From an uncultured Desulfobulbaceae bacterium (GTDB lineage Bacteria > Desulfobacterota > Desulfobulbia > Desulfobulbales > CALZHT01), in assembly GCA_945787445.1 (NCBI GenBank), contig CALZHT010000007.1:2598-66597 (forward strand): DNA of 64,000 nt. Reading direction: 5' to 3'. Positions 9,181 to 17,355 of this stretch are shown one piece after another. The first letter of the stretch is position 1, and each line of letters opens with the position of its first letter. The notes below the pieces were generated by a model. The model saw only the letters and a program-made list of their open reading frames with translations, ran no database searches and was not told the DNA's origin. A program made the position numbers and the translations under genes.

Positions 9181-9247
9181 TAGTTCCCATTACGGAAAAT
9201 CGTAAACTTGTAAGGTGCAGGAACTAATTGTTTCCAATTCGGAAACT
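9181..9247 (+). repeat. R4 3'-flank element, copy 1
   Basis: TAGTTCCCATTACGGAAAATCGTAAACTTG..GGAACTAATTGTTTCCAATTCGGAAACT. It contains two hairpins (TAGTTCC/GGAACTA and GTTTCC/GGAAAC) and starts 6 nt after the bioD stop. Confidence 0.55.
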
Positions 9248-9369
9248 GACAATTTTGCGAAAGGTCAAGGAGATCAAGGAATTATGCGGAGACGTACTTG
9301 AGTATGTCGCACAAGTAATTCCACAGATCGACGCCGAGATTTCGTAAAAGGGGCGTTTCCGGATGGAAA

Positions 9370-11094
9370 CTATTTAACATACCCTTGCTCAGCCAAGTAG
9401 AGCAAAACATCCTGGGCCGCTTCCGCAGGTGTTACATTTGTAGTATCTATAGTAATCTCCGGATTGGCTGGGGGATTGTATGGATCAGAAACACCGGTTA
9501 CTCCTTTCACCTTGCCTGCCCGGGCTTTAGCGTAAAGCCCTTTCCGGTCCCGCAACTCGCAAATTTCAAAAGGCGTTGCCATATATACCTCTATATAACC
9601 GCCGCATTTACTTATCAATTCCCGGTTTAACCGTCTTGATTCTTCATAGGGCGCGATGGGAGCACAGAGGGCAATGCCACCGTTTTTGGTGATCTCGCTT
9701 GCCACGAAACCTATTCTGGTAATATTGAGGTTCCGGTGCTCCTTGGAAAAGGAGAGTTCGCTGGAAAGGTTTCTTCTGACAATATCGCCGTCTAGAAGGG
9801 TGACCGGTCTTTCCCGCATTTCCATAAATTTTACATACAGCACTTTGGCTAGCGTGGATTTGCCGGCCCCGGAAAGACCGGTGATAAAAATGGTGAAGCC
9901 CTGTTTTGAGCGCGGCGGGAATGCGTTTCGTAATTCCGTCACCACCTCAGGATAGGAGAACCATTCGGGAATCTCTAAACCGTTTTCCAGCCTACGTTTG
10001 AGTTCACTTGAAGATATCGTTTTCACGGCCATGCCAGGCTCCACTTCATCCTGAGGAATATATTGTGCTTTATCTTCCACGTAGACCATTTTCTTAAGCG
10101 GAACCATCTGGATGCCGGTTTCATCCTCGTGTTTTTTGACCAGTTTCTGAGAAGCATGCAAGGGATAAAAGGGATATTGTGGTTGATCGCTGGTATATGG
10201 ATCGGAGTGGTCTTCGGCGATCATGAGATGGCTGCAGCCATAATTTTTTTTGATGATAGCATGCCACAGTGCTTCGCGTGGGCCGGCCTGGCGGAGCGCC
10301 AAGGGCAGTAGACCCAGGTAAATCATGTTTTTAGGGAATTTTTTGGCGATTTCCTGATAACAGCGGATATGGGTATAATGGTCCAAGTTGCGTGGATGGC
10401 TGAGGCCGACAACTGGATGGAGGATGATGTTTGCCCCGACTTTGCGGGCCGCATTCAAAATCATTTCCCGATGGGCGCAGTGCAGATATTTGTCGGTATG
10501 AAAGCCTATAACGTTGCGCCAGCCGCTTTGCGAAAAAAAACGATGGCTTTCCGAGGGGGTGGGTCTCAGCTCCTTGAAATCATAATGGAGTGGAAGATGC
10601 AATCCTTCCAGGGTGCCTCCCACATAGAAATCTCTACTCTGATCATATAGCGACCTGACGCCGGGATGTTTTTCAGGGTCGTCAGTGCCATAAACAGCAA
10701 GGGCCTCCTGTTTTTTATCAGGTTGCCAGATGCTTTCCACTGAAAGGACCGCGAGCATGAAGCCTTCTTCGTCATTTAATGCTAACCGATCACCAATGTG
10801 TAAGGCTTCCGCAGTTGTTTCATTAATATCCAGACAGATGGGCATGGGCCAGAGAGTTCCATTTGCCAACCGCATGGTATCGAGGATAGATTCATAGTCT
10901 GCTTGATTCAGGAATCCTCGCAAGGGATAAAAGGCACGGTTTAAAAGAAGCTCAAGATCACAAACCTGTTTCTGGTTCAGATCAATGGCAGGAAAAGAAA
11001 GCGCTTCTTTTTTAAGGCTTTCTACACGCCGGAAGTGAACCAGCAGGCTTTCAGAATAGTCGTTGTGCTTATCGGTATTATTTTTAGTAGACAT
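9370..11094 (-). CDS. two-domain ATP-sulfurylase-like / adenylylsulfate (APS) kinase protein
   Basis: The C-terminal APS kinase has P-loop FITGLSGAGKST. The N-terminal 390 aa align with the ATP sulfurylase layout (HPVVGLS...), but the QxRNPxHxxH motif reads HTDKYLHCAH. Confidence 0.8.
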   Translation of the reverse strand: MSTKNNTDKHNDYSESLLVHFRRVESLKKEALSFPAIDLNQKQVCDLELLLNRAFYPLRGFLNQADYESILDTMRLANGTLWPMPICLDINETTAEALHIGDRLALNDEEGFMLAVLSVESIWQPDKKQEALAVYGTDDPEKHPGVRSLYDQSRDFYVGGTLEGLHLPLHYDFKELRPTPSESHRFFSQSGWRNVIGFHTDKYLHCAHREMILNAARKVGANIILHPVVGLSHPRNLDHYTHIRCYQEIAKKFPKNMIYLGLLPLALRQAGPREALWHAIIKKNYGCSHLMIAEDHSDPYTSDQPQYPFYPLHASQKLVKKHEDETGIQMVPLKKMVYVEDKAQYIPQDEVEPGMAVKTISSSELKRRLENGLEIPEWFSYPEVVTELRNAFPPRSKQGFTIFITGLSGAGKSTLAKVLYVKFMEMRERPVTLLDGDIVRRNLSSELSFSKEHRNLNITRIGFVASEITKNGGIALCAPIAPYEESRRLNRELISKCGGYIEVYMATPFEICELRDRKGLYAKARAGKVKGVTGVSDPYNPPANPEITIDTTNVTPAEAAQDVLLYLAEQGYVK

Positions 11095-11141
11095 ATGATA
11101 TTCAGAAGAAATTATTTTGAAATCGTAAAAACATCTTATTT

Positions 11142-11209
11142 ACCACAGAGAACACAGAGAGCACAGAGTTTTTTTGTTTTTCCTCTTTGAACTCAGTGAT
11201 TTCTGCGGT
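11142..11209. repeat. R1 element (intact left arm, degenerate right arm)
   Basis: ACCACAGAG-AACACAGAG-AGCACAGAG, a T-rich loop, then CCTCTTTGAACTCAGTGATTTCTGCGGT. It lies 48 nt upstream of the sat-like start codon. Confidence 0.55.
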
Positions 11210-11484
11210 AAAAGAACTTGTCTGTTAATAATACTACCAGACCGTTTTGTAATCATTGAGGGATTTGCCGTCCCGATAGAAATGGGCGAAGCAATCAAGA
11301 ATCGTTCCAACAGAGGAGATAGAGGTTTTAATCTTCTTGGGCAGGGCCCTTTCCTTAAAGTAAAACTCATACGCCTCTGATCCGGATGGGAAGTATTAAA
11401 TCTATGGGTAAATATGCCAAGAGTGAGGAGTGATTTGAAATTGTGGCGCTAGGGAGTTTTACCATAAAAATGGGCTGGAGCTGG

Positions 11485-11718
11485 CTATTGGGCTGCACAG
11501 CCCTGGGCCGAGGTCGGGCAAGAAGCTTTTGTCTCGGGCACTCCTAATTTCTTCAGGATGGTTCCCATGGGGCAAAATTTGGTAATGCCAAACTGAAAAA
11601 GGTTAGCGCCGACAAAGGCAGTGAAAAAATACCAGTAAGGATGCACCCAAGTGCCGAGTGCCAGGCTGATCATGATAAATGAGCCGGCGATTACATGAAT
11701 CCAGTCGTTTACAACCAT
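11485..11718 (-). CDS. DUF2892 (YgaP-like) small membrane protein
   Basis: The start is chosen at MVVNDWIHVIAGSF, with AGGAGG 9 nt upstream. It has two hydrophobic helices and the FCPMGTILKKLG motif typical of the family. Confidence 0.65.
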   Translation of the reverse strand: MVVNDWIHVIAGSFIMISLALGTWVHPYWYFFTAFVGANLFQFGITKFCPMGTILKKLGVPETKASCPTSAQGCAAQ

Positions 11719-11755
11719 ATTGATTATCCTCCTAAAATATGTATATGCATTTTGA

Positions 11756-11877
11756 TACCAAGTCGCATTCAAATTCTAACTTTGTTGGCTGCGTCGTCAG
11801 CTTCCTCGACGTATTTAATATACGCCTCCGGGGCCTCCTCCTTGCCGCCTTGTTATCTCTTTGAATGCAACTTGGTA
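11756..11877. mobile_element. R3 MITE-like element, copy 2 (18-bp terminal inverted repeats)
   Basis: The left end TACCAAGTCGCATTCAAA and right end TTTGAATGCAACTTGGTA are complementary at 17 of 18 positions. The core is shared with 2691-2830. Confidence 0.6.
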
Positions 11878-11883
11878 TGAGTT

Positions 11884-11953
11884 CACCACAGAGATCACTG
11901 AGTCCACAGAGTTTTTATTCTTTTTTCTCTGTGGACTCAGTGATCTCTGTGGG
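11884..11953. repeat. R1 perfect palindrome (variant unit ATCACTGAG)
   Basis: CACCACAGAGATCACTGAGTCCACAGAG, a 15-nt T-rich loop, then CTCTGTGGACTCAGTGATCTCTGTGGG. It lies 49 nt downstream of the barrel gene stop. Confidence 0.7.
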
Positions 11954-12001
11954 TAAATTTTTTTTCCCCAAGGCATGCCTGTCCCCTTGAAGGAATGATG
12001 G

Positions 12002-13300
12002 TCAGAAACTCCAACGCACTCCGGCGTAGAGATTCGTATTATCTTCAAACTGTCCGAAGAAAGTATGGTCTTCGGTTCCCCAAAAGATATTCCCGCCTGC
12101 TTCGGCAGCCAGGTTGTCGCTAATTTTATAGTGGACCTTGGGACGGATATAGACATCCTCATCCGAAGGTGAAAAATAGCCAAACAGGGAAAGCCTCAGG
12201 TTCTGATTCATCAACAGCTTGGTGAGCCTCACGGTAAAAACATGGCGGAATTTGTCCGCTTTCTTCATGCCAGGCGGCAGATTGCTTTCGTAAGCATCGT
12301 AGTCCTGCATGTATTCAGAATAGTATTGCAACCCCCCGGTAAATTCCCGGGCCAGTTCTCTCTCATAGCCGGTGAGAAATCGTATCTCGCTGTTCCGGAT
12401 AAAGGGGTCAGTGCCTTTTTTGTCACTGATGGAGTCGTAATATCCGAACTCCACATTGCCTATGCCGTTCCAAATTGCTCCTCGCGCGCTGGCCCCGAAA
12501 ACGGACAATCTGGGGTAAATCACTTTCCCGGATGTAGGTTCAAATCCTTCCGGGGTTTTCCAGAAGCCATAATAACCGTAGAAGGCAAGCTCAACTCCCT
12601 CGATATTTTTAGATAGGCGCCCAGCGAATTCGCTATCTCTGAAAACCTGGTTTCTTTCATGATCTTCTAAGATAAAATCTCTTCCCGCTGTTCTGCCGAG
12701 CAAGGGATTCCAATAGGAAATCCTGGAGCCGTCGATGAAATTCGAGTTATTAAAAACAGGCACATACACGAGATCGAGAGCAAACATGTCAAAGAAGAGG
12801 CTGCCTTTGATCGCATCCGAAGGAGCTTTCAGGTATTCATCGTCTCGACCGATAAAAAAGGATTCCCAATCTTTGGGAAAAAGGTCGTTGATAAACAATA
12901 AATCACCTGTACCCCAGGTGAGTATCTGGCGGCCCAGTTTAAGATCCATAATATCGGTTGGCGAAAACCCATAATTCAATTCGCGTAGCTCCGGCCGCAA
13001 TTCCTCAGTAACAGCGTCACCAACCAGGTCCCCTTTGAATTTCATAGAGCCGTCGAAGATATCTTTGCTCAAATCAAGCTGCAGTCGGGCTTCGGCTATG
13101 GAAACATCCTTTTCGTCAACATCATTATCCAGGCGCCAGCCATTGCGGATTTCCACAAAACCATGCAAGTCTTCATAGAGCCAATCCTGTAAAGGAGCGG
13201 CCTGCGAAGCCCCGGGAAAGACAAAGAAGCCAGCTAAAAGGATACTTATGATGTATGGAGTACTGCGAGATCGAAGATTTATGTTTGTTACATTAGTCAT
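12002..13300 (-). CDS. outer-membrane beta-barrel protein (porin-like), function unknown
   Basis: Has a signal peptide ending GASQA and the C-terminus LYAGVRWSF, typical of OM barrels. It is the last gene of the ArsR/RND cluster. Confidence 0.6.
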   Translation of the reverse strand: MTNVTNINLRSRSTPYIISILLAGFFVFPGASQAAPLQDWLYEDLHGFVEIRNGWRLDNDVDEKDVSIAEARLQLDLSKDIFDGSMKFKGDLVGDAVTEELRPELRELNYGFSPTDIMDLKLGRQILTWGTGDLLFINDLFPKDWESFFIGRDDEYLKAPSDAIKGSLFFDMFALDLVYVPVFNNSNFIDGSRISYWNPLLGRTAGRDFILEDHERNQVFRDSEFAGRLSKNIEGVELAFYGYYGFWKTPEGFEPTSGKVIYPRLSVFGASARGAIWNGIGNVEFGYYDSISDKKGTDPFIRNSEIRFLTGYERELAREFTGGLQYYSEYMQDYDAYESNLPPGMKKADKFRHVFTVRLTKLLMNQNLRLSLFGYFSPSDEDVYIRPKVHYKISDNLAAEAGGNIFWGTEDHTFFGQFEDNTNLYAGVRWSF

Positions 13301-13320
13301 TGGTTTTGTATTTTTTTAAG

Positions 13321-13340
13321 GTGCCTAAAGTGCCTAAAGT
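13321..13340. repeat. R5 motif, tandem GTGCCTAAAG x2
   Basis: GTGCCTAAAGTGCCTAAAGT lies in the 45-nt gap between two genes. The same 11-mer forms the inverted repeat at 21147-21229. Confidence 0.45.
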
Positions 13341-13345
13341 TACGA

Positions 13346-14146
13346 TTATTTCCTTACCGCCTTGGGGGGTCTGCGCAGATAACGTTCTGTGAATATTTTC
13401 TCAGCAAGGCCAACGTTATATTTGATATTCGTAAACTCTGAAACGGTTTCACCCTTAGCCACATGATCTTTGACCCGGGACTTCACAACGGTGGGAAATC
13501 CCTGGATGTCCTTGATTAGAAGAGCCTCGACCGTTCTGTATTTGCGGCCTTCCTTGTCAAGGTATTCGGCCTTCATCGGCATGTAATTATTGCGGTCTAT
13601 CCATATTGTGTAGGATGAAAACTCAACGCTATCCGGATCCTTGGGAGTGCTTTTTAAGACATAGGAATCACCAGTGGTTTGGATCAGCTCATGATTGTCA
13701 TCGACTATGGAACGGCCGGAAACGTCCTCATAAAGAAAGTGAGAACCCACGAAACTGGTACGTTTATCGGCAGCCGCGATTCGTTTTACTAGGTCAAGGG
13801 CCGGGAGATAGAGCCAGCGGTCGTCATCTTTGTCCAGATGCTTATGGACCATGAACACCATCTTGCGGACATCGCTGGGTTTCTTAAAATAGACGAAAAA
13901 CAATTGATCGCCGCCGTCCTTGATGTCTTTGCGCAGGATTACAAATTCCCTGTTTCTTTTCCTGCCCTGGGAATCCGTGATTGTCATGCTGATTTCAGCT
14001 CGGCCGTCGTCACCACCATAGTACGAGGCAAGATTGGCTTTGTTGACAATTTCCTCAACCGCTGGGCTTTCTGCTGCAAACGGAGCATTATTGGTAAAAG
14101 ATAGCAACGATAGGGCGGTTAACAGGGTGAAAAATATTCTATTCAT
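13346..14146 (-). CDS. outer-membrane lipoprotein-sorting (LolA-like) protein
   Basis: Has a signal peptide. The sequence style (EISMTITDSQGRKRNREFVILRKD...) matches LolA-like partners of RND/MMPL exporters as I recall them. Confidence 0.6.
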   Translation of the reverse strand: MNRIFFTLLTALSLLSFTNNAPFAAESPAVEEIVNKANLASYYGGDDGRAEISMTITDSQGRKRNREFVILRKDIKDGGDQLFFVYFKKPSDVRKMVFMVHKHLDKDDDRWLYLPALDLVKRIAAADKRTSFVGSHFLYEDVSGRSIVDDNHELIQTTGDSYVLKSTPKDPDSVEFSSYTIWIDRNNYMPMKAEYLDKEGRKYRTVEALLIKDIQGFPTVVKSRVKDHVAKGETVSEFTNIKYNVGLAEKIFTERYLRRPPKAVRK

Positions 14147-14328
14147 GGCTTTTCCTCCTATGTGATGGAAATTTTTTTATACACAACGCCATAAGTCCGA
14201 TACATCCGATCCTACTCCTCATTTGCTGCAGTACCTGCTCATCCGCTAGAGCGGGACTCCACCGGCTCCTCGCTCGTTCTTTATGCCATCAGGGTGCTCG
14301 CCTGGCTGGGCGACTCAAATTTATGCCG

Positions 14329-16899
14329 CTACGTATGTATTTTTTTGAATAACCACGTTTCAAGCAGAGTCGCCATAATGCTTGCCAGAAAAACGCCCAC
14401 GGTTTGATAAGGTACCAGGGGAGCGGCCAGTAGTGGCGTAAAGCCTATGGCAATTACGATGACGTTTCTGGTGATGGCCCTGGCAGGCTCTTCAAACATA
14501 TCGCGGATGGCTTCCTTCCAGGAGCCCATTTTTTTAAAGGTCATACGGGCCCGTTCCAGAAAGTGAATGGCAAAGTCGACCGCCAATCCTAGAGTTAAAG
14601 AGGACAGTACCGCCACCGGCATATCGTATTCCTTGCCGATCAGGCCGATCAGGCCGTAAATTATGGCTATGGTCACCGAAAGAGGAACCATGGCGAGCCC
14701 CCCCCAAAGGATGGAACGGAACAACACAGCCATCATCACAAAGACCACCCCAAAACTGCTCAAGAAGGAGTTCAGCATGCCGGATACCATCTTGTCCTGC
14801 CAGACAACATTGAGATAGGTAAGCCCAGCCCATTTGTGATCGAGTTGCACAGGAGGCGGGTTTTCGGCAATGTACTTATCAACCATCTTGACCACGGCTT
14901 CCATATCCTGGTTGTCGCCACTTTTTAGCTGCAGCCAGATATTTGCCTTTTTGTAATCCGGCGTAACAAGATGCCACAGGTCATCAGGCTTGTGGCTGTT
15001 CTGGAAGGAGATGAGGCTTTGGGCCACGGCATTGACCGTATCAGGCACCCGGTAATATTCCTGCTTTGCTTCAAACAGCTCCTGATACACTTTTTTTACA
15101 ACATCGGTGACGGAGTTGCTCTTGCCGACCACGCCGGTTTTAAGAAGATATTCCTGAAGGCCTTCAACATAGCGCAGCACCTCAGGATTTTTAAAAACCT
15201 GGTCACGGTTTTTCACCAGGGCCAGAATATCCAAGGTGTCGGCCCAAATGTCATACGCTTTGTCATCGGCTGCGTCCTGTTTTTCTTCTATTTGATCAGT
15301 AAGGGTGTTGAAGAATTCATCAGGGGAGTTACTCGAGGAGGCAGCTTCCCGGACAAGAGACAAGGCTTCGCTTGCGATCTCTTTGTTGTCTTGTGTTTCA
15401 GCAGAGAAGTTCTCAAACTGTCTGGTTACAAGCTTTGCAGTTCCCTGAATGTCGAGTTCCTTTTCAGCGGTTTCAAGAATAAGATACGCTTCGTAGGTGC
15501 CGCCGAAATGGCTGTTCAATACTGTGTCCGCTACCCGGATGGGATGGTCTTTTTTGAACCATTTCACCGGATTGTCGTTGATGGTTATTTTACTGATACC
15601 GTAGGCCGATATTGCCAACGCCACCATGGAAAGGGCCAGGATAATCTTGGCGCGGTTGTAAGTGAAACCGCCAAGCCAACGCAGGATGCGGGACATTAAG
15701 GTGTCATTGGCTCCTGCTTTGCTCTTGCCGGCAATCCCGAATCCGGCCAGGTTTTCTTCTTTCATCATCATAATGTAGGCAGGAATAAAGATGATGGTGA
15801 GCAGCCAGGCCAGCATAATGCCGAAAGCCACAAAGATGCCGAAGATCTGTACAGGAGGAATGGGAGTCAGAGCAAGTGACGCAAAACCTGCCGTCGAGGT
15901 AAGGGAGGTATAGAGCATGGGCATGAACAATTGATCCATCACATGCTCAAGGGTCTTGCGCCGATCTTGAATTGACGGATAGGTGTCAAAAAATTCCGAA
16001 AGTATATGGATGGAGTCCACTACGGCAATGGGCATTAAAAAGATGGGGATCATGGAGCTCATGATATGCAGGGTGTTGCCGGTGCCTATCATGAGGCCCA
16101 TTGTGGAAATCACCGACACCATGGCCACGATCATCGGGGAAATAATCAAGCGCATCTTTTTAAAGAACAGGAGCATGAGCAGGAAGATGGCGACCATGGC
16201 CAGAGGGGCGGAAACCGCCATCTGGACAAACATTTCCACCCCAAAGGTGTCCTCAGCAACCGGGAGTCCAGTGATGTAAAATGTGTCGCCGTTATCAGCA
16301 GCAAAGGTTTCTATTTTTTCGAGAAGCTGGTTGCGGGCATTGTAAGCGAAATCTTTCGATGATAGAGGCAGATATATGCAGAGTGCCTTGCCGTTTTCCG
16401 AGACCAAGGTGCCTTTGAGCAGGGGATTTGACATGGCGTTGTCCCGGATGGCAAGGGCCTGTTCGCGACTTGTTGGCGCTTCTTTCATCAACCACTCGAA
16501 GCGGACCTGGCCTAAGCCGGCCTGTTCGATATTGTCAACCGTGCCGGGCGCGATGATATTCTGCGTGACCACCCTTTTGGCAGGATCATCAGGATCGGCT
16601 AATTTTTTCGAAAATTCAGTTAATTCCTGGACATGTTTCAGGGTGGCAGGGTTAAAGACACCATCCGGGTGGGTTTCGTTTACTACCCCGAGAACAATCA
16701 CATCATGGAGGGTGAATTCCTTTTTAACAAGGTGATGAAAAATCCTCACCCCTTCCTGTTCAGAGAGCATGTTCTCGGGATCGGTATCAACACGCACCTT
16801 GACAATCATTGCCCCAAGGATGAGGCTGATCAGCATGATTATTGCGGTTACAGTTTTGGGTTTGTCGAGGGATATATTAATGAATCTTGATGCCTTCAT
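14329..16899 (-). CDS. RND/MMPL-superfamily exporter
   Basis: 856 aa. Two blocks of hydrophobic helices are separated by large soluble loops, which is the duplicated RND architecture. Confidence 0.75.
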   Translation of the reverse strand: MKASRFINISLDKPKTVTAIIMLISLILGAMIVKVRVDTDPENMLSEQEGVRIFHHLVKKEFTLHDVIVLGVVNETHPDGVFNPATLKHVQELTEFSKKLADPDDPAKRVVTQNIIAPGTVDNIEQAGLGQVRFEWLMKEAPTSREQALAIRDNAMSNPLLKGTLVSENGKALCIYLPLSSKDFAYNARNQLLEKIETFAADNGDTFYITGLPVAEDTFGVEMFVQMAVSAPLAMVAIFLLMLLFFKKMRLIISPMIVAMVSVISTMGLMIGTGNTLHIMSSMIPIFLMPIAVVDSIHILSEFFDTYPSIQDRRKTLEHVMDQLFMPMLYTSLTSTAGFASLALTPIPPVQIFGIFVAFGIMLAWLLTIIFIPAYIMMMKEENLAGFGIAGKSKAGANDTLMSRILRWLGGFTYNRAKIILALSMVALAISAYGISKITINDNPVKWFKKDHPIRVADTVLNSHFGGTYEAYLILETAEKELDIQGTAKLVTRQFENFSAETQDNKEIASEALSLVREAASSSNSPDEFFNTLTDQIEEKQDAADDKAYDIWADTLDILALVKNRDQVFKNPEVLRYVEGLQEYLLKTGVVGKSNSVTDVVKKVYQELFEAKQEYYRVPDTVNAVAQSLISFQNSHKPDDLWHLVTPDYKKANIWLQLKSGDNQDMEAVVKMVDKYIAENPPPVQLDHKWAGLTYLNVVWQDKMVSGMLNSFLSSFGVVFVMMAVLFRSILWGGLAMVPLSVTIAIIYGLIGLIGKEYDMPVAVLSSLTLGLAVDFAIHFLERARMTFKKMGSWKEAIRDMFEEPARAITRNVIVIAIGFTPLLAAPLVPYQTVGVFLASIMATLLETWLFKKIHT

Positions 16900-17000
16900 G
16901 GGTGCCTATCCTGTGAATAGTGGAAATGAGTGTAGTGTTTAGTTTCAGCCCTGAAAGGCGTAACGGTCAAGAAAGAAAAGAAATTTTTTTTAAAATGGCC

Positions 17001-17282
17001 CTATTTGCAAAAGAGGTCTCTGAGGCTATGAATGAGCTTCAGAACCCGATCGTCAGCAATACGGTTATAAATGAAATTTGCATCCTTCCTGAATGAAATT
17101 ACTCCTTGATTGCGCAGGATTGTTAGGTGCTGCGACACATTTGCCTTGGTGGTTTTTACTTCCGCCCTGATGTCCCCAACCGTCATTTCTTTCTCCATCA
17201 AAAGACAGAGAATTTTTAAGCGAATGGGATGAGACATTGTCTTCAAGAGTCCCGATACATTATTTATATGTTTTTGGTCCAC
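17001..17282 (-). CDS. ArsR/SmtB-family transcriptional regulator
   Basis: Winged-helix signature HPIRLKILCLLMEKEMTVGDI...VSQHLTILRNQGVI. Confidence 0.8.
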   Translation of the reverse strand: MDQKHINNVSGLLKTMSHPIRLKILCLLMEKEMTVGDIRAEVKTTKANVSQHLTILRNQGVISFRKDANFIYNRIADDRVLKLIHSLRDLFCK

Positions 17283-17309
17283 AGCATCTCCTTTTGGATG
17301 GTTTAGTTG

Positions 17310-17340
17310 TTAACTTAATGCTTAACCTTTTTTTGTCAAC
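17310..17340 (-). promoter_or_regulatory. candidate sigma-70 promoter with overlapping inverted repeat (possible ArsR operator)
   Basis: On the minus strand, TTGACA (17335-17340), a 16-nt spacer, then TAAGTT (17313-17318). The inverted repeat GTTAA-N8-TTAAC at 17310-17327 overlaps the -10. Confidence 0.35.
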
Positions 17341-17355
17341 CTTTTTTAGGGGGCT

